Below are positions 37,230-46,740 of a stretch of DNA of 64,000 bases, one piece after another. The first letter of the stretch is position 1; every line of letters begins with the position of its first letter. Source of the DNA: Candidatus Tayloriibacteriota bacterium (GTDB lineage: Bacteria; Patescibacteriota; Minisyncoccia; Phycocordibacterales; CAIRYW01). Both the position numbers and the translations under genes were made by a program. Below the pieces are notes generated by a model, which was given only the letters and a program-made list of their open reading frames with translations, ran no database searches and had not been told where the DNA came from. The stretch lies in the NCBI GenBank assembly GCA_029288615.1, contig JARIGV010000003.1, positions 1,068 to 65,067 on the forward strand, in the 5' to 3' direction.

Positions 37230-38305
37230 AGACCCAATCCTTTTACGACAGGCGTTGCCACTTCCCCCACTGCTGCAGCTGGTGGAGGAAGTTTCACCTC
37301 AACAGATGCATTGACTGCGCCTGAAGAATTATTCGATGTGTTATTTGATGAATTTGAAGTGTTCGATGTATTAACTGATGCGCCTGCCTGCATAGTATTT
37401 CCTACATTCACATTTGTATTTACATTTGCAGATGAATTAGTGTTTACTGATTGTCCATTTTCTACTGGGGCATTATTTACTTCAGTATGTGTTTGCACTG
37501 TTTCTCCTACTACACCATTGTTTTGCTTCACCTCATTTTTATCTTCTACATTATATGAAGCATCATGAGATGGAATCTGTGGCGAAAGTACTGCATTTAC
37601 AGCAGCAGAGGTTGTAGCACCTAAAACATCAAGACCTTTAAGCACCGCATCCACAGAAGATGCAAATGAAGGCATATTTACTGCAGCTCGAGCAGAATCG
37701 GTCATAATAACCTTAAGGTGAGTGAGGATGTCCTGATGTGCAGTGAGGTTATTTTTAAAATTTGTTGTTAGCGCGTAGCTTGTATCATCGCCTGACTGTT
37801 TCATGTTATCGATATTTTCAAGAGAAGATTTTGAATGTTCAAGGAATGACACTTGAAGCTCGTTTGAAGTCGCGGGATCCAAACGATTCTCTGCAGAAAG
37901 TGCCTCAGCTTCTTTGACTCTCTCGAGTGCTTGATCAGCTTGCACTGACGCATTTGACTGAAAGCCAACAGCAAATGCCGCTCGCACTGCTTCCCCAGCA
38001 ATTTTTACAGGATAGAGATTGTCTCCAGGAAGCGAAGACTCACTTGCTGCATATGTGCCTCCTGCACATATTATAAAAACGGCGAAAGCCAAAGCTAACG
38101 CCCGAGGATTTCTAAAAAACTTCAAAAAAGGCGAGGGAACCGCCCCTCGACTTGAATGTGAAATAATATTGTTTTTTAAATTCGTCGGAAGCGGAACTGC
38201 ATCCATTCTTTTCCGAATGGTATCTTTTATTGTATTTATTTCCACAGAAGAAAGTGACTCGCCTTTCGCTGCCTTGATAATATCTTCAAATCTATTGTTC
38301 ATCAT
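37226..38305 (-). CDS. Putative anti-sigma factor (cytoplasmic N-term - TM - extracytoplasmic domain, which I take to be DUF5667-like) with N/S/T-rich tail
   Basis: Topology and position immediately downstream of (overlapping) an ECF sigma gene. Low-complexity C-terminus NTNSSANVNTNVNVGN... Confidence 0.45.
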   Translation of the reverse strand: MMNNRFEDIIKAAKGESLSSVEINTIKDTIRKRMDAVPLPTNLKNNIISHSSRGAVPSPFLKFFRNPRALALAFAVFIICAGGTYAASESSLPGDNLYPVKIAGEAVRAAFAVGFQSNASVQADQALERVKEAEALSAENRLDPATSNELQVSFLEHSKSSLENIDNMKQSGDDTSYALTTNFKNNLTAHQDILTHLKVIMTDSARAAVNMPSFASSVDAVLKGLDVLGATTSAAVNAVLSPQIPSHDASYNVEDKNEVKQNNGVVGETVQTHTEVNNAPVENGQSVNTNSSANVNTNVNVGNTMQAGASVNTSNTSNSSNNTSNNSSGAVNASVEVKLPPPAAAVGEVATPVVKGLGL

Positions 38306-38801
38306 TATTGAATAGTTTTTTTACTTTTTTGAGGCCTCTATGGTACCTCACTGCTACCGTATTCTCCGTTTCCCCTGTTATCTGCCCTATTTCTTTGAAA
38401 CTCATATCTTCCACACAACGAAGAATTATAACATCCTTGTATTCTGGTGGAAGCTTTTCCAAAAGCTTGAATGCACCTTTGGCGTCGAGTCTCTCCTCAG
38501 CAGACACTTCTTCATACGCAGGTGGGTCAAAATTCTCTTCTTCAGAAAGAGCGTCGAGTGACGAGCTCTTCTTTGATCGATAATGATCAATGATGAGATT
38601 TTTGAGAGTTTTATAAAGAAAAGCTTTAAGGTTCTTAACCTCGGAGCCTTTTGCAATGTAGTCCCAAGTCTTTGTAAAAGAGTCTTGAACCACATCTTTG
38701 GCTATTTCACGGTCGCTAATATGCGCCAAACAATATCTGAAGAGAGGCTGTACGTTCTCTTCGTAAACAGTAATGAAGTTTTGTTCGATATTGGTTTCCA
38801 T
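38292..38801 (-). CDS. ECF-type RNA polymerase sigma factor (sigma-70 regions 2 and 4)
   Basis: Start trimmed to the ATG at 38801. Region 2 ...PLFRYCLAHISDREIAKDVVQDSF... and region 4 ...ILRCVEDMSFKEIGQITGETENTVAVRYHRGLKKV... Confidence 0.75.
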   Translation of the reverse strand: METNIEQNFITVYEENVQPLFRYCLAHISDREIAKDVVQDSFTKTWDYIAKGSEVKNLKAFLYKTLKNLIIDHYRSKKSSSLDALSEEENFDPPAYEEVSAEERLDAKGAFKLLEKLPPEYKDVIILRCVEDMSFKEIGQITGETENTVAVRYHRGLKKVKKLFNNDEQ

Positions 38802-38984
38802 GGTGTTTGACGGATGATCTAGTAAAACATTACAAAGGAAAAATTGACGAAATTTTTTGTAAAAAACGTGAATAAAATCGAAAAGGAAGGTTATAGAGTA
38901 TACCCATAGATGATGCCTTGCAACCTCCACCTGTGGATAACTTTTTATATTGGGGATAGAATAAAAAAACCTATATTTTAAGGC

Positions 38985-39737
38985 CTAGTTTTTGAATTTT
39001 TTGTAGTGGTTTTTTGCCCATTGTCCCATTGCTAGACTTGCAGAAACTGAAGCATTGTAAGATTCACATCTCTCCATCATAGGTATACGAAGAAGTGTAT
39101 CGCAAAGTTGCTTTGTCTTTTCGCGAACCCCTTTTGCTTCGTTTCCGACAATAATTGCTGTAGGTGAATTAAATGTCTGATCAAAAAGTGAATCTTTAGA
39201 ATCCCCTTCAAGACCATAAATAAAGAAGCCTCTTTCCTTAAGATCACGTACTGATGTGTTTATATTCGATACACTAAGTATGGGAAGTGCGAATGTCATA
39301 CCAGCAGAGACTTTTACAACGGTACCAGTAAGTGGAGCTTGGTTGTGTTCTGGGATAAGCACGGCCTGTGCCCCAAACCCAGCCGCAGAACGAATGATCG
39401 CCCCGACATTCTGAGGATCTGAGAGTTCGCCTAAAATGACAAACAAACTATCATCATCTATTGCCGCGCTTTCAATGTAGTCTTTGTATGGTACGAGAAT
39501 TTTTGCAGGATTAATAACAGCGGCAATCCCTTGATGCACAGCTTCTCTATCAAGCCCGCCCGGAAGCTTTCCACCAGAGAGCTCTACTGTTGGAATCTTT
39601 TTTTCTTTGATAGCAGCACGTATGTCTTTGTCTGCAAAATGAGGCACGATAAGAATTTTCTCGAGAGATCTCGGAGCATTTTTGAGAGCTTCACTTATCG
39701 CATGCTTTCCATAAATATATGTAGCTGTTTGCTTCAT
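38985..39737 (-). CDS. TrmH/SpoU-family RNA 2'-O-methyltransferase (RlmB-like)
   Basis: Start trimmed to the internal ATG (about 39737). ...IYGKHAISEALKN... and the SPOUT C-terminal motifs ...LVILGELSDPQNVGAIIRSAAGFG... and ...NASVSASLAM... Confidence 0.65.
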   Translation of the reverse strand: MKQTATYIYGKHAISEALKNAPRSLEKILIVPHFADKDIRAAIKEKKIPTVELSGGKLPGGLDREAVHQGIAAVINPAKILVPYKDYIESAAIDDDSLFVILGELSDPQNVGAIIRSAAGFGAQAVLIPEHNQAPLTGTVVKVSAGMTFALPILSVSNINTSVRDLKERGFFIYGLEGDSKDSLFDQTFNSPTAIIVGNEAKGVREKTKQLCDTLLRIPMMERCESYNASVSASLAMGQWAKNHYKKFKN

Positions 39738-39777
39738 AGTAAGTAGAAGTATAATATACAAAAACAACCAAATTACA

Positions 39778-40500
39778 ATGAAGAAAAAAGGACGACATGG
39801 TGGCAGCAAGCGGGCTAAATCCGCAGAAAAGTATTGGAATACCGAATATTCCAAAGAGAAGCATTTTGCGTTGTCTGAAAATCCAAGCGAAGATTTGATG
39901 AAATTTACTCGCTTTCTTCAAAGACTCAATGTGCAGAAAATTCTCACACCGGTTGCGTCCGCACTCGACCTTGGCTGTGGGAATGGACGCAATCTCGCAT
40001 ATCTCACTGAAAATTTCGGAATGAAAGGTATCGGCTATGATATTTCCGCAGAAGCTATCGCGCTCGCCAGAAAAAGAACAGAAGGCTATCCTATCGAATA
40101 CAATGTTCGTTCAATCGTGGGAGATCTTTCTATAGATGATTCTTCTCAGTCGATCGTTCTCGATATGATGACATCTCATTTTCTTTCAAAAGAAGAGCGA
40201 GAAAAACTCCACTCTGAAGTTTATCGCGTGCTTCGACCTGGTGGTTGGTATTTTCTCAAGACATTTCTTCTCGATGAAGATCCTCATGCAAAAAGACTTC
40301 TCGAAGAAAATCCAGGAGACGAAGAAGGCACATACATTCACCCAAAAATCGGCGTTGCGGAACACGTCTTCACTGAAGAAGAACTTGTCGAGGAACTCGA
40401 AAAAGATTTTTCTATCGAAAAAGTACTTACTTCTCACGGCCATCTTCGTCGCTCTGCAAAAAGACGAAGTATTGTTATTTACGCGAGAAAAAGTTTTTAA
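39778..40500 (+). CDS. Class I SAM-dependent methyltransferase
   Basis: Motif I LDLGCGNGRN and downstream motif ...VLRPGGWYF.... Confidence 0.7.
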   Translation: MKKKGRHGGSKRAKSAEKYWNTEYSKEKHFALSENPSEDLMKFTRFLQRLNVQKILTPVASALDLGCGNGRNLAYLTENFGMKGIGYDISAEAIALARKRTEGYPIEYNVRSIVGDLSIDDSSQSIVLDMMTSHFLSKEEREKLHSEVYRVLRPGGWYFLKTFLLDEDPHAKRLLEENPGDEEGTYIHPKIGVAEHVFTEEELVEELEKDFSIEKVLTSHGHLRRSAKRRSIVIYARKSF

Positions 40501-40526
40501 ATAAAAATAGCCGAATAGTTTCGGCT

Positions 40527-40892
40527 TTAATCTTGACTGATATTAAGAAGACTGAGCACTCGCTCACCTATCGACATCTTGTCGGAGTGATGAGTGCACC
40601 CTTCTTTGACCATAATCTGACGAATGTCAGGATTACCGCTTATAGAAACAATGGGTTTCTTAAAACCCGCATCGAGCAAGTGTCTGAGAATCGGCTGAGT
40701 ATTGAATTTGTATCCGCCGAGACATCCATCGAGACAGACGAGATCAAGCTCGTGCGATTCTTGATCGAAAGTTTCTATTGCAGATTTCTCGTCGGCCGCG
40801 ACAGATGTTGTCACACCGTGAACTTCAAGAAATCTGCTCAAACTACTGAGGACCGATTCGTCATCATCTATAATAAGAACACGCTTTTTCAT
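40527..40892 (-). CDS. Stand-alone response-regulator receiver (CheY-like) domain protein
   Basis: 121 aa; VLIIDDDESV...LVCLDGCL (phospho-acceptor Asp)...K. No output domain, and no histidine kinase in the window. Confidence 0.55.
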   Translation of the reverse strand: MKKRVLIIDDDESVLSSLSRFLEVHGVTTSVAADEKSAIETFDQESHELDLVCLDGCLGGYKFNTQPILRHLLDAGFKKPIVSISGNPDIRQIMVKEGCTHHSDKMSIGERVLSLLNISQD

Positions 40893-40945
40893 AAGTACCT
40901 GAATTTACTTCGATACTACTCCCTTATCGAAAAATTGCAAAGATT

Positions 40946-41998
40946 TTAGAGCACCGGCTCACCATCACGAATTCGCTCAAAGATTGCTTTTTCGGCTGTG
41001 TATTTATCATAGCCATGACACAAAAGAGTTGCTGCAACACCGAAAAGAATAAGGTGTGGCCACACAGCTTCTCCAAAGAATGAAATTGAAAGTGTAATGA
41101 AAGAAATAAAAACGAGTGCCATGAAGCGAATTTCGAAACCGATAAAGAAACAAATACCGATTATTGATTCAACAATAAATGCACCGAGTACGAGGAAAAG
41201 CGGTGTGAAATGGAAATAATTTGTAAGGTGATAATCAGCAACAGTATCAAGTGCGAGATTGCTATGAAGGAATTTTGCATAGAAAGACGCAAAGATAAGC
41301 GCGCTGCCAAAAAACATTCTCATAATAAAGAATGCGTAAGGCTCCAAGATGCGTGCGATTCCAAAAAACATTTTCTCGATTTTAAATGGGCTCATGACAC
41401 GATCGAGTGAGAGTGGTCCACCACCCAGAATGAGAAAGAGAATCATTTCTCCTAAATAATTTGCATATGTGACCATGTAGATTCCGTAATGGGCACACAA
41501 GAAAATATAGAGAATAAGACCAAAGAGTGCCATAAGACGTGTAAGCAGGCCGAAAGAAATAAATACTGCAGCGATCATAACGACTAAAGCGAAAACATGC
41601 TCTGCTTGAGGAGAGAGAAAAACAGAAAATGGAAGCTCGGGACCAAAGAAAGCATGGTGATATCCTGAAAGGAAAACACTGGCTCCCAAAGTAAGTCTTC
41701 CTAAAAGTGGTGCGACTTTTTTAAGCTTCATAAGAAAAGGATCAAAGATTTTTTCAAACATCTTTGAAACAGAAAGTGTTAGCACAAGAAGAACGCCAAC
41801 TGCACAGAGTGCTCCCCAAAAAAGAAACTCCTTCTCTTGCTCAGGAATAACTGTAAAAGGATTCGGAGACGGCATCGCTACAGCTGATCGAATTTCTTCT
41901 GGCGAAAGTACATACACTTCATGTGCAGACGCACAGAATGGTGCAAAAAATAGAATCGCGAGGACAAAACTACAAATGAGTGTATATATTTTTTTCAT
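40946..41998 (-). CDS. Integral membrane protein, DoxX-like (tentative)
   Basis: Signal peptide then 8+ TM helices; LGRLTLGASVFLSGYHH resembles the DoxX family motif. Confidence 0.35.
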   Translation of the reverse strand: MKKIYTLICSFVLAILFFAPFCASAHEVYVLSPEEIRSAVAMPSPNPFTVIPEQEKEFLFWGALCAVGVLLVLTLSVSKMFEKIFDPFLMKLKKVAPLLGRLTLGASVFLSGYHHAFFGPELPFSVFLSPQAEHVFALVVMIAAVFISFGLLTRLMALFGLILYIFLCAHYGIYMVTYANYLGEMILFLILGGGPLSLDRVMSPFKIEKMFFGIARILEPYAFFIMRMFFGSALIFASFYAKFLHSNLALDTVADYHLTNYFHFTPLFLVLGAFIVESIIGICFFIGFEIRFMALVFISFITLSISFFGEAVWPHLILFGVAATLLCHGYDKYTAEKAIFERIRDGEPVL

Positions 41999-42003
41999 AA
42001 TAT

Positions 42004-42378
42004 TTATTTGTTGTTCTCCTTCCTTTTATGGATCATAATCTGATTTCCGTCAGGATCTTCCACGAGCACCATATGACATACTCCTGTTTCGTGCGGTTCC
42101 ATAAGGAACTTAGTCCCCGCATCTTTGAGATCTTTTACCGCTGCATCAAAATCTTCAACCTCGAGCGCTACTCCAGGACCAGTTTTTCCAGGATTAAAGC
42201 TTGGTGCACCTTTACCGATCGCAAGCGTATGATCACCCATGTAATATTCGATAAACACAGAATCTTCTCCTTCCCAGACAGATCCCGGTACAAGTCCGAG
42301 TGTCTTTTCATAAAATTCGCGCGCTTTTGGAATATTAACTATAGGGAAACAAACAAATGCAATTTCTTTTATTTTCAT
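42004..42378 (-). CDS. VOC (glyoxalase/bleomycin-resistance/dioxygenase) family protein
   Basis: 124 aa, beta-alpha-beta-beta-beta modules; C-terminal ...VLVEDPDGNQIMI.... Confidence 0.7.
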   Translation of the reverse strand: MKIKEIAFVCFPIVNIPKAREFYEKTLGLVPGSVWEGEDSVFIEYYMGDHTLAIGKGAPSFNPGKTGPGVALEVEDFDAAVKDLKDAGTKFLMEPHETGVCHMVLVEDPDGNQIMIHKRKENNK

Positions 42379-42435
42379 AGCTTAATTATAACAAAGAAAC
42401 ATCTGCGTCGAATGCAGATGTGGTAATAACTCAAA

Positions 42436-43185
42436 TTATTTTGCAAAAGTGAAAATCACCGTTGCAGCTCCATCGGCTTTGCCAGTTGTATAGTCAAAGT
42501 CATGCAGAGATTTCATGAAAGTAAGATAACTGTAGCGATGATCTGCTCCGTCGACACTATCTCCCGGATCGTTCACAATAAATTCTTTTGTTTTTTCATC
42601 ATAGCCACGGATCACCATAACATGATAGGCAGAGCCTGTTGCCAAAAAAGGAATATGAGAATTATGGAGATCAAATCCAGAGTGGAGTGTAATGACAGGA
42701 TGTCCACTTTCAATTTCATTTTTAATATCTAATACAGACGGATTTTTAACAATTTTCTCACCAAAATCTGCATAGTTATCAATTAAAAATGCCATTCGTA
42801 CTGAATCAGAATTTATATTTGATCCATATTTGAGATCTTCTTCATGAAAAAGCATGTTCATGTAATTTTCAGCATCTGTCGTAGTTGCTGTACTTTGTCC
42901 TTTATAAAAACGATCTACCATAAAAATACTTACTTCTTCGCAAGCGTTTTTCCATGGGCCAGACCATACGCCACGCGGCGCCTCACTCATGTAAGGCACC
43001 GCGAGTTCATCGTAGGTCTTTTTAGGAATGACAATAGATTTTGTTGAAGAAGCTAAGGTAACCGAACCGCCAATCAGAGCTTCTGTTTCGCGTGGAAGTG
43101 AAACTGATCTGCTCCAAAAACACATGAGTGCTATAGCTCCCACCGCAGCGAGAGCCACGAGTGCAAACACATTTTCTGTTTTCAT
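42436..43185 (-). CDS. Secreted C39-like (Peptidase_C39_2/YvpB-like) cysteine peptidase-fold protein
   Basis: Signal/TM; candidate catalytic Cys in ...GPWKNACEEVSI... and His in ...YHVMVIRGYD.... Size and order match papain-like C39_2 proteins. Confidence 0.5.
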   Translation of the reverse strand: MKTENVFALVALAAVGAIALMCFWSRSVSLPRETEALIGGSVTLASSTKSIVIPKKTYDELAVPYMSEAPRGVWSGPWKNACEEVSIFMVDRFYKGQSTATTTDAENYMNMLFHEEDLKYGSNINSDSVRMAFLIDNYADFGEKIVKNPSVLDIKNEIESGHPVITLHSGFDLHNSHIPFLATGSAYHVMVIRGYDEKTKEFIVNDPGDSVDGADHRYSYLTFMKSLHDFDYTTGKADGAATVIFTFAK

Positions 43186-43237
43186 GACGATGAGATTTTA
43201 TCTGTAACTTCTTCGACCGTGATTTCAGTATAACAGG

Positions 43238-43390
43238 CTAAGCAATTGGGTTTCTTCCCTGAATGATTCGGATAAGAAACATGATAATCGCGATCACGAG
43301 AAGGATATGGATAAACCATCCAATGCTGTATACCCCGATAACTCCAAGGAGCCAGAGTAAGAGCAAAATAGTAGCAATTGTTACGAGCAT
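43238..43390 (-). CDS. lmo0937-family small membrane protein (50 aa; absent from the ORF track because it is under 60 aa)
   Basis: Reverse-strand translation MLVTIATILLLLWLLGVIGVYSIGWFIHILLVIAIIMFLIRIIQGRNPIA, the hallmark ...LWLLG..G....G.LIH.LLV.A...... of this family. Lies inside the 105-aa track ORF 43182..43499 in another frame; I consider that ORF spurious. Confidence 0.5.
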   Translation of the reverse strand: MLVTIATILLLLWLLGVIGVYSIGWFIHILLVIAIIMFLIRIIQGRNPIA

Positions 43391-43413
43391 ATATTTTCTT
43401 GTTAGCTTCTAAT

Positions 43414-43623
43414 TTATTTTCTGCTTCGCTTTGATGTGCGACGCGAACTCTTTTTGCGAGGGACTTTACCGCCACTTTTACGGGCCTCTGAAAGGCCAAT
43501 AGCGATGGCTTGCTTGCGGCTTTTTACTTTCTTGCCGCTTTTACCCATGCGAAGCTTCCCTCTCTTAAGCTCATGCATGGCTTTTTTGACTTTTTGTCCG
43601 GCTTTTTTACCGTACTTTGCCAT
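43414..43623 (-). CDS. Small highly basic Lys/Arg-rich protein (conserved hypothetical)
   Basis: MAKYGKKAGQKVKKAMHELKRGKLRMGKSGKKVKSRKQAIAIGLSEARKSGGKVPRK...; 69 aa. Resembles a widespread small basic protein family; function unknown. Confidence 0.4.
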   Translation of the reverse strand: MAKYGKKAGQKVKKAMHELKRGKLRMGKSGKKVKSRKQAIAIGLSEARKSGGKVPRKKSSRRTSKRSRK

Positions 43624-43689
43624 AATATTTTTATTGCTAATAAATAACTTTCCTTAATATAGACGAGCAATATGCATGACTATGACGCA

Positions 43690-45177
43690 TTAATAGCGGA
43701 GTTTATATTCATAGAGAGTGAGCCCTGGCGAAAATTCATCTGAATACAATTTTTGGTAGTGAGTGTCAAAATAAAGCTCTACATCTTTTTGATACCCTTG
43801 GTCATAGCTTAAGAGAAGCCAGAGATTGCTGTGGTTTGCTTCGAGTGTGGCTACATCTTTTACAAGTTCATCTTTTGAATATGCTGGGATCGGACCATTC
43901 GCTTCCTGATTCCAAATAGGAAGCGTTGTAAGTGTTGCTGGCCCACGATAATAATAGAGCATTGGATAAATCGTAAACGGAGCAGAGACGACGATAATAT
44001 CCGAAGCCGATGCATTCCTCTCAAGGAATGTGCTCGCTTCTTCATAATTTTCTTTTACAGGCGTTGATGCTGACACTCCTTCAAAAACAAGCGTTGCTGC
44101 CATGAGAGCGATCAAAATACATTTCACAGCAAGAGAAAGAGTCTTGGGATATGTTGAGAAAAGCCAACCCAAGAAAAGATACATCGATGGAATCGTAAAT
44201 ATAAGATAGCGAGTCAAATAAATCGGCGACAGTGTGAGACTTACAATGAAAGCAATGACGTTTGGAAGAAGAAAGACAATGAGAAAGTAAAGCGTCTCTG
44301 GCGCCATTCCTTTGCCTTTTCGAAGAGCAAGAAATCCCAAAAAAACAGTAAGAGGCCACAAAGACACCAATATGGTATTGAGGTGGTCTGTTTGGAATCC
44401 AAACAAGAATTGAGAGAAGGTGTTAAAAAGATCTACAGTTGAAGGTGCAGTGAGCGCCGGTTCAGAACTTGAAATGCCTCCAAGATATATGACAAAAAGT
44501 GCCCAGGGCAAAAAACAGACAATCAGAAAAATTCCGATCTTGAAGAATTTCTTGAAAGCATCTTTTGGGAAAATTTCCTTATGGAAGAAATAGAAAATCA
44601 TGTCGCAGAGTACGAGAAGGAAAAAGAAATAATGCGTATACATACCACATACCGAAACTAGAGCAAACCAAAACCAATCCATGAAATCTCCCCTCTTCCA
44701 TATTTTTACGAAGAAATATTCATGAAGAATTGCCACAAGCACAAACATGCTGTACATACGGATCTCATTTCCGTACCAATTCATAAATGGCGACAGTGTT
44801 AGGAGCGCCGCAACAAAAATTCCAGTTTTTCTTCCATAGCAAATAGCACCTAAAGAATAAATTGCAGGAATTGATAATAAGAAGAAAACAAGTGAAAGAA
44901 GCCTATCGACGGCAACATCATTTCCAAGAAATATTTGCCACGTATGGAGAATAAGATGATAGAGCGGCACGTGCACATCTTTACCTACAAGAGAAAGCAT
45001 CCCCATAACTGTACGCGATGTCTGCCAAATACTTTGTGATTCATCGAGGCGGAGACTTTGCTCTCTGAAGAATACGATCGAGAGAAGCGCCGCAAATAGC
45101 ATAAGCATTAAAATGATCGGAAAATCTGTCGATATCCACGAAGGCGCAGCTTCTGTTTTTTTAACTTCGTTTTCCAT
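43690..45177 (-). CDS. GT-C fold glycosyltransferase, family 39 / PMT_2-like (polyprenyl-phosphate-sugar-dependent mannosyl/arabinosyl-transferase)
   Basis: 495 aa, about 11 N-terminal TM helices with a C-terminal extracytoplasmic domain. Early loop ...LRLDESQSIWQT..., like the ArnT/PMT DE-motif region. Confidence 0.6.
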   Translation of the reverse strand: MENEVKKTEAAPSWISTDFPIILMLMLFAALLSIVFFREQSLRLDESQSIWQTSRTVMGMLSLVGKDVHVPLYHLILHTWQIFLGNDVAVDRLLSLVFFLLSIPAIYSLGAICYGRKTGIFVAALLTLSPFMNWYGNEIRMYSMFVLVAILHEYFFVKIWKRGDFMDWFWFALVSVCGMYTHYFFFLLVLCDMIFYFFHKEIFPKDAFKKFFKIGIFLIVCFLPWALFVIYLGGISSSEPALTAPSTVDLFNTFSQFLFGFQTDHLNTILVSLWPLTVFLGFLALRKGKGMAPETLYFLIVFLLPNVIAFIVSLTLSPIYLTRYLIFTIPSMYLFLGWLFSTYPKTLSLAVKCILIALMAATLVFEGVSASTPVKENYEEASTFLERNASASDIIVVSAPFTIYPMLYYYRGPATLTTLPIWNQEANGPIPAYSKDELVKDVATLEANHSNLWLLLSYDQGYQKDVELYFDTHYQKLYSDEFSPGLTLYEYKLRY

Positions 45178-45186
45178 GGATTTTAT

Positions 45187-46740
45187 TTAGACTGAAACAG
45201 AAACAGATTTATCAACTGTTCTCGCTACATGTTTTGAATGCGATTTTGCTCCCGATGGAAGAGCGGCATAAATTGACGGAACGAATACTCCGACCATAAG
45301 AGCTGCCCAAGCGATGTTTGCAATAAATGATGCAGAAAATCCTTCACGCATAAGTGCAATAGGAATACCACCAAGAACAAGAACAATATAAGCAATATGC
45401 GGAATAACAAGTGAGACAAAATTTCCCTCCACCTGCTTCTTTGGTGTCACTTGGAATGAAGATTTTTCGCGAGTGATCGCAGCCCAAATAGCTTTGATAT
45501 GGATCGTGAATGCACCCATTGAAAATGTAAGAGCGCGGAATGTGAATGAAAAATTACTTGAAAGCTGAATCATGTAGAGTGTAAGGAAGATATAGGGAAG
45601 GAATATAGCGGCAAGGAACATTGTTGAAACAGTAAACGCGATCATTCCGGTGTAAAGGAAGATAACTGGAATAAGCGCATTCATCACAACCACAAGTCCT
45701 GAGAAATAGAAGCTGATCGAAGAGAAATACTGAAATTTCTGTGCAAGAGAAAGATGGCGTCGACTAAGAAAACCGAAAGCGAGTGCATCAAAACCTCCCC
45801 TTGCCCATCGGAATTGTTGTTTTGAATACGAGAGAAAATCTTCTGGCGCCAAACCTTCAGCGAGGACTTCTGGCACATAGACAGACGTAAGACCTTTTTC
45901 GTGAAGCAAAAGACCAGTAAGAAAGTCTTCAGCAATACTATCTTCCGACATTCCACCTACAGAACAAAGCATGTCACGACGAAGTACCATGTTTGTACCA
46001 CACATAGTCACACCATTGAATCTATTTCGACCACGACAGATCGGGCCAAAGAAAAGTTCCTGCTGTTCCCACGCACTTCGTGTAATATAGTTTTTCGCAA
46101 AATTTCTATAGAACTGCGGAGTCTGTACGAAAGCAACTTTAGGATCAAAAAAGTATGTAGCAGTTTTTGAAAGAAAATCTGCGTGTGGAATATGATCAGC
46201 ATCGAAAATTGCAACGAGTCCATTTCCTTCGCCCCATCCTGTTTCTCGAAGTGCATTATTTATATTTCCCGCTTTCGCACCTCCTGGTGTTTTTCGAGTA
46301 ATACAAAATACACCGAGTTTTTCTGCCACGTCTTCTGCCTCTTTCCAATTCTCCTTCTTCGCAACATATCCATCATTGAGAATATATACAGAAAAATCAG
46401 GATAGGTCATATTCTTTACAGCTCGTGTTGTCTCTTCAACAATATCCGCTTCTTCTCCTGCTACAGTAATGAAAACATCCACATGTGGCGTAAATGATGG
46501 ATCTCTTTTATGAAGATAGCTTGTATCCCATGTTGTGAAAATGAAAGAGAGCACTTGATACACATGAAAAATTTCACCAGCAATAAGAAGAGCGAAGAGA
46601 AGACTGACTCCCACAGGAAAAGTGAAAGCGATCACATAGAAATACACGACCGATAAAATAGCTGTTACCGTGAAAAGTCCTCTATGGCTTCTTGTTTGCA
46701 AAAATGCTGTTTTTGCTTTTTCGAATGAATTATTTTTCAT
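45187..46740 (-). CDS. Processive family-2 glycosyltransferase, cellulose-synthase-like (BcsA/CesA-like catalytic core, no PilZ domain)
   Basis: D, DxD (FDADH), TED-like and QQFRWARG (QxxRW) motifs flanked by TM helices; 517 aa. Confidence 0.75.
   Translation of the reverse strand: MKNNSFEKAKTAFLQTRSHRGLFTVTAILSVVYFYVIAFTFPVGVSLLFALLIAGEIFHVYQVLSFIFTTWDTSYLHKRDPSFTPHVDVFITVAGEEADIVEETTRAVKNMTYPDFSVYILNDGYVAKKENWKEAEDVAEKLGVFCITRKTPGGAKAGNINNALRETGWGEGNGLVAIFDADHIPHADFLSKTATYFFDPKVAFVQTPQFYRNFAKNYITRSAWEQQELFFGPICRGRNRFNGVTMCGTNMVLRRDMLCSVGGMSEDSIAEDFLTGLLLHEKGLTSVYVPEVLAEGLAPEDFLSYSKQQFRWARGGFDALAFGFLSRRHLSLAQKFQYFSSISFYFSGLVVVMNALIPVIFLYTGMIAFTVSTMFLAAIFLPYIFLTLYMIQLSSNFSFTFRALTFSMGAFTIHIKAIWAAITREKSSFQVTPKKQVEGNFVSLVIPHIAYIVLVLGGIPIALMREGFSASFIANIAWAALMVGVFVPSIYAALPSGAKSHSKHVARTVDKSVSVSV

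Noticed and set aside
43182-43499. 105-aa track ORF between the C39-like peptidase and the basic small protein
   Set aside because: No features. The same DNA in another frame encodes a 50-aa peptide with a strong lmo0937-family match, which I consider the real gene.
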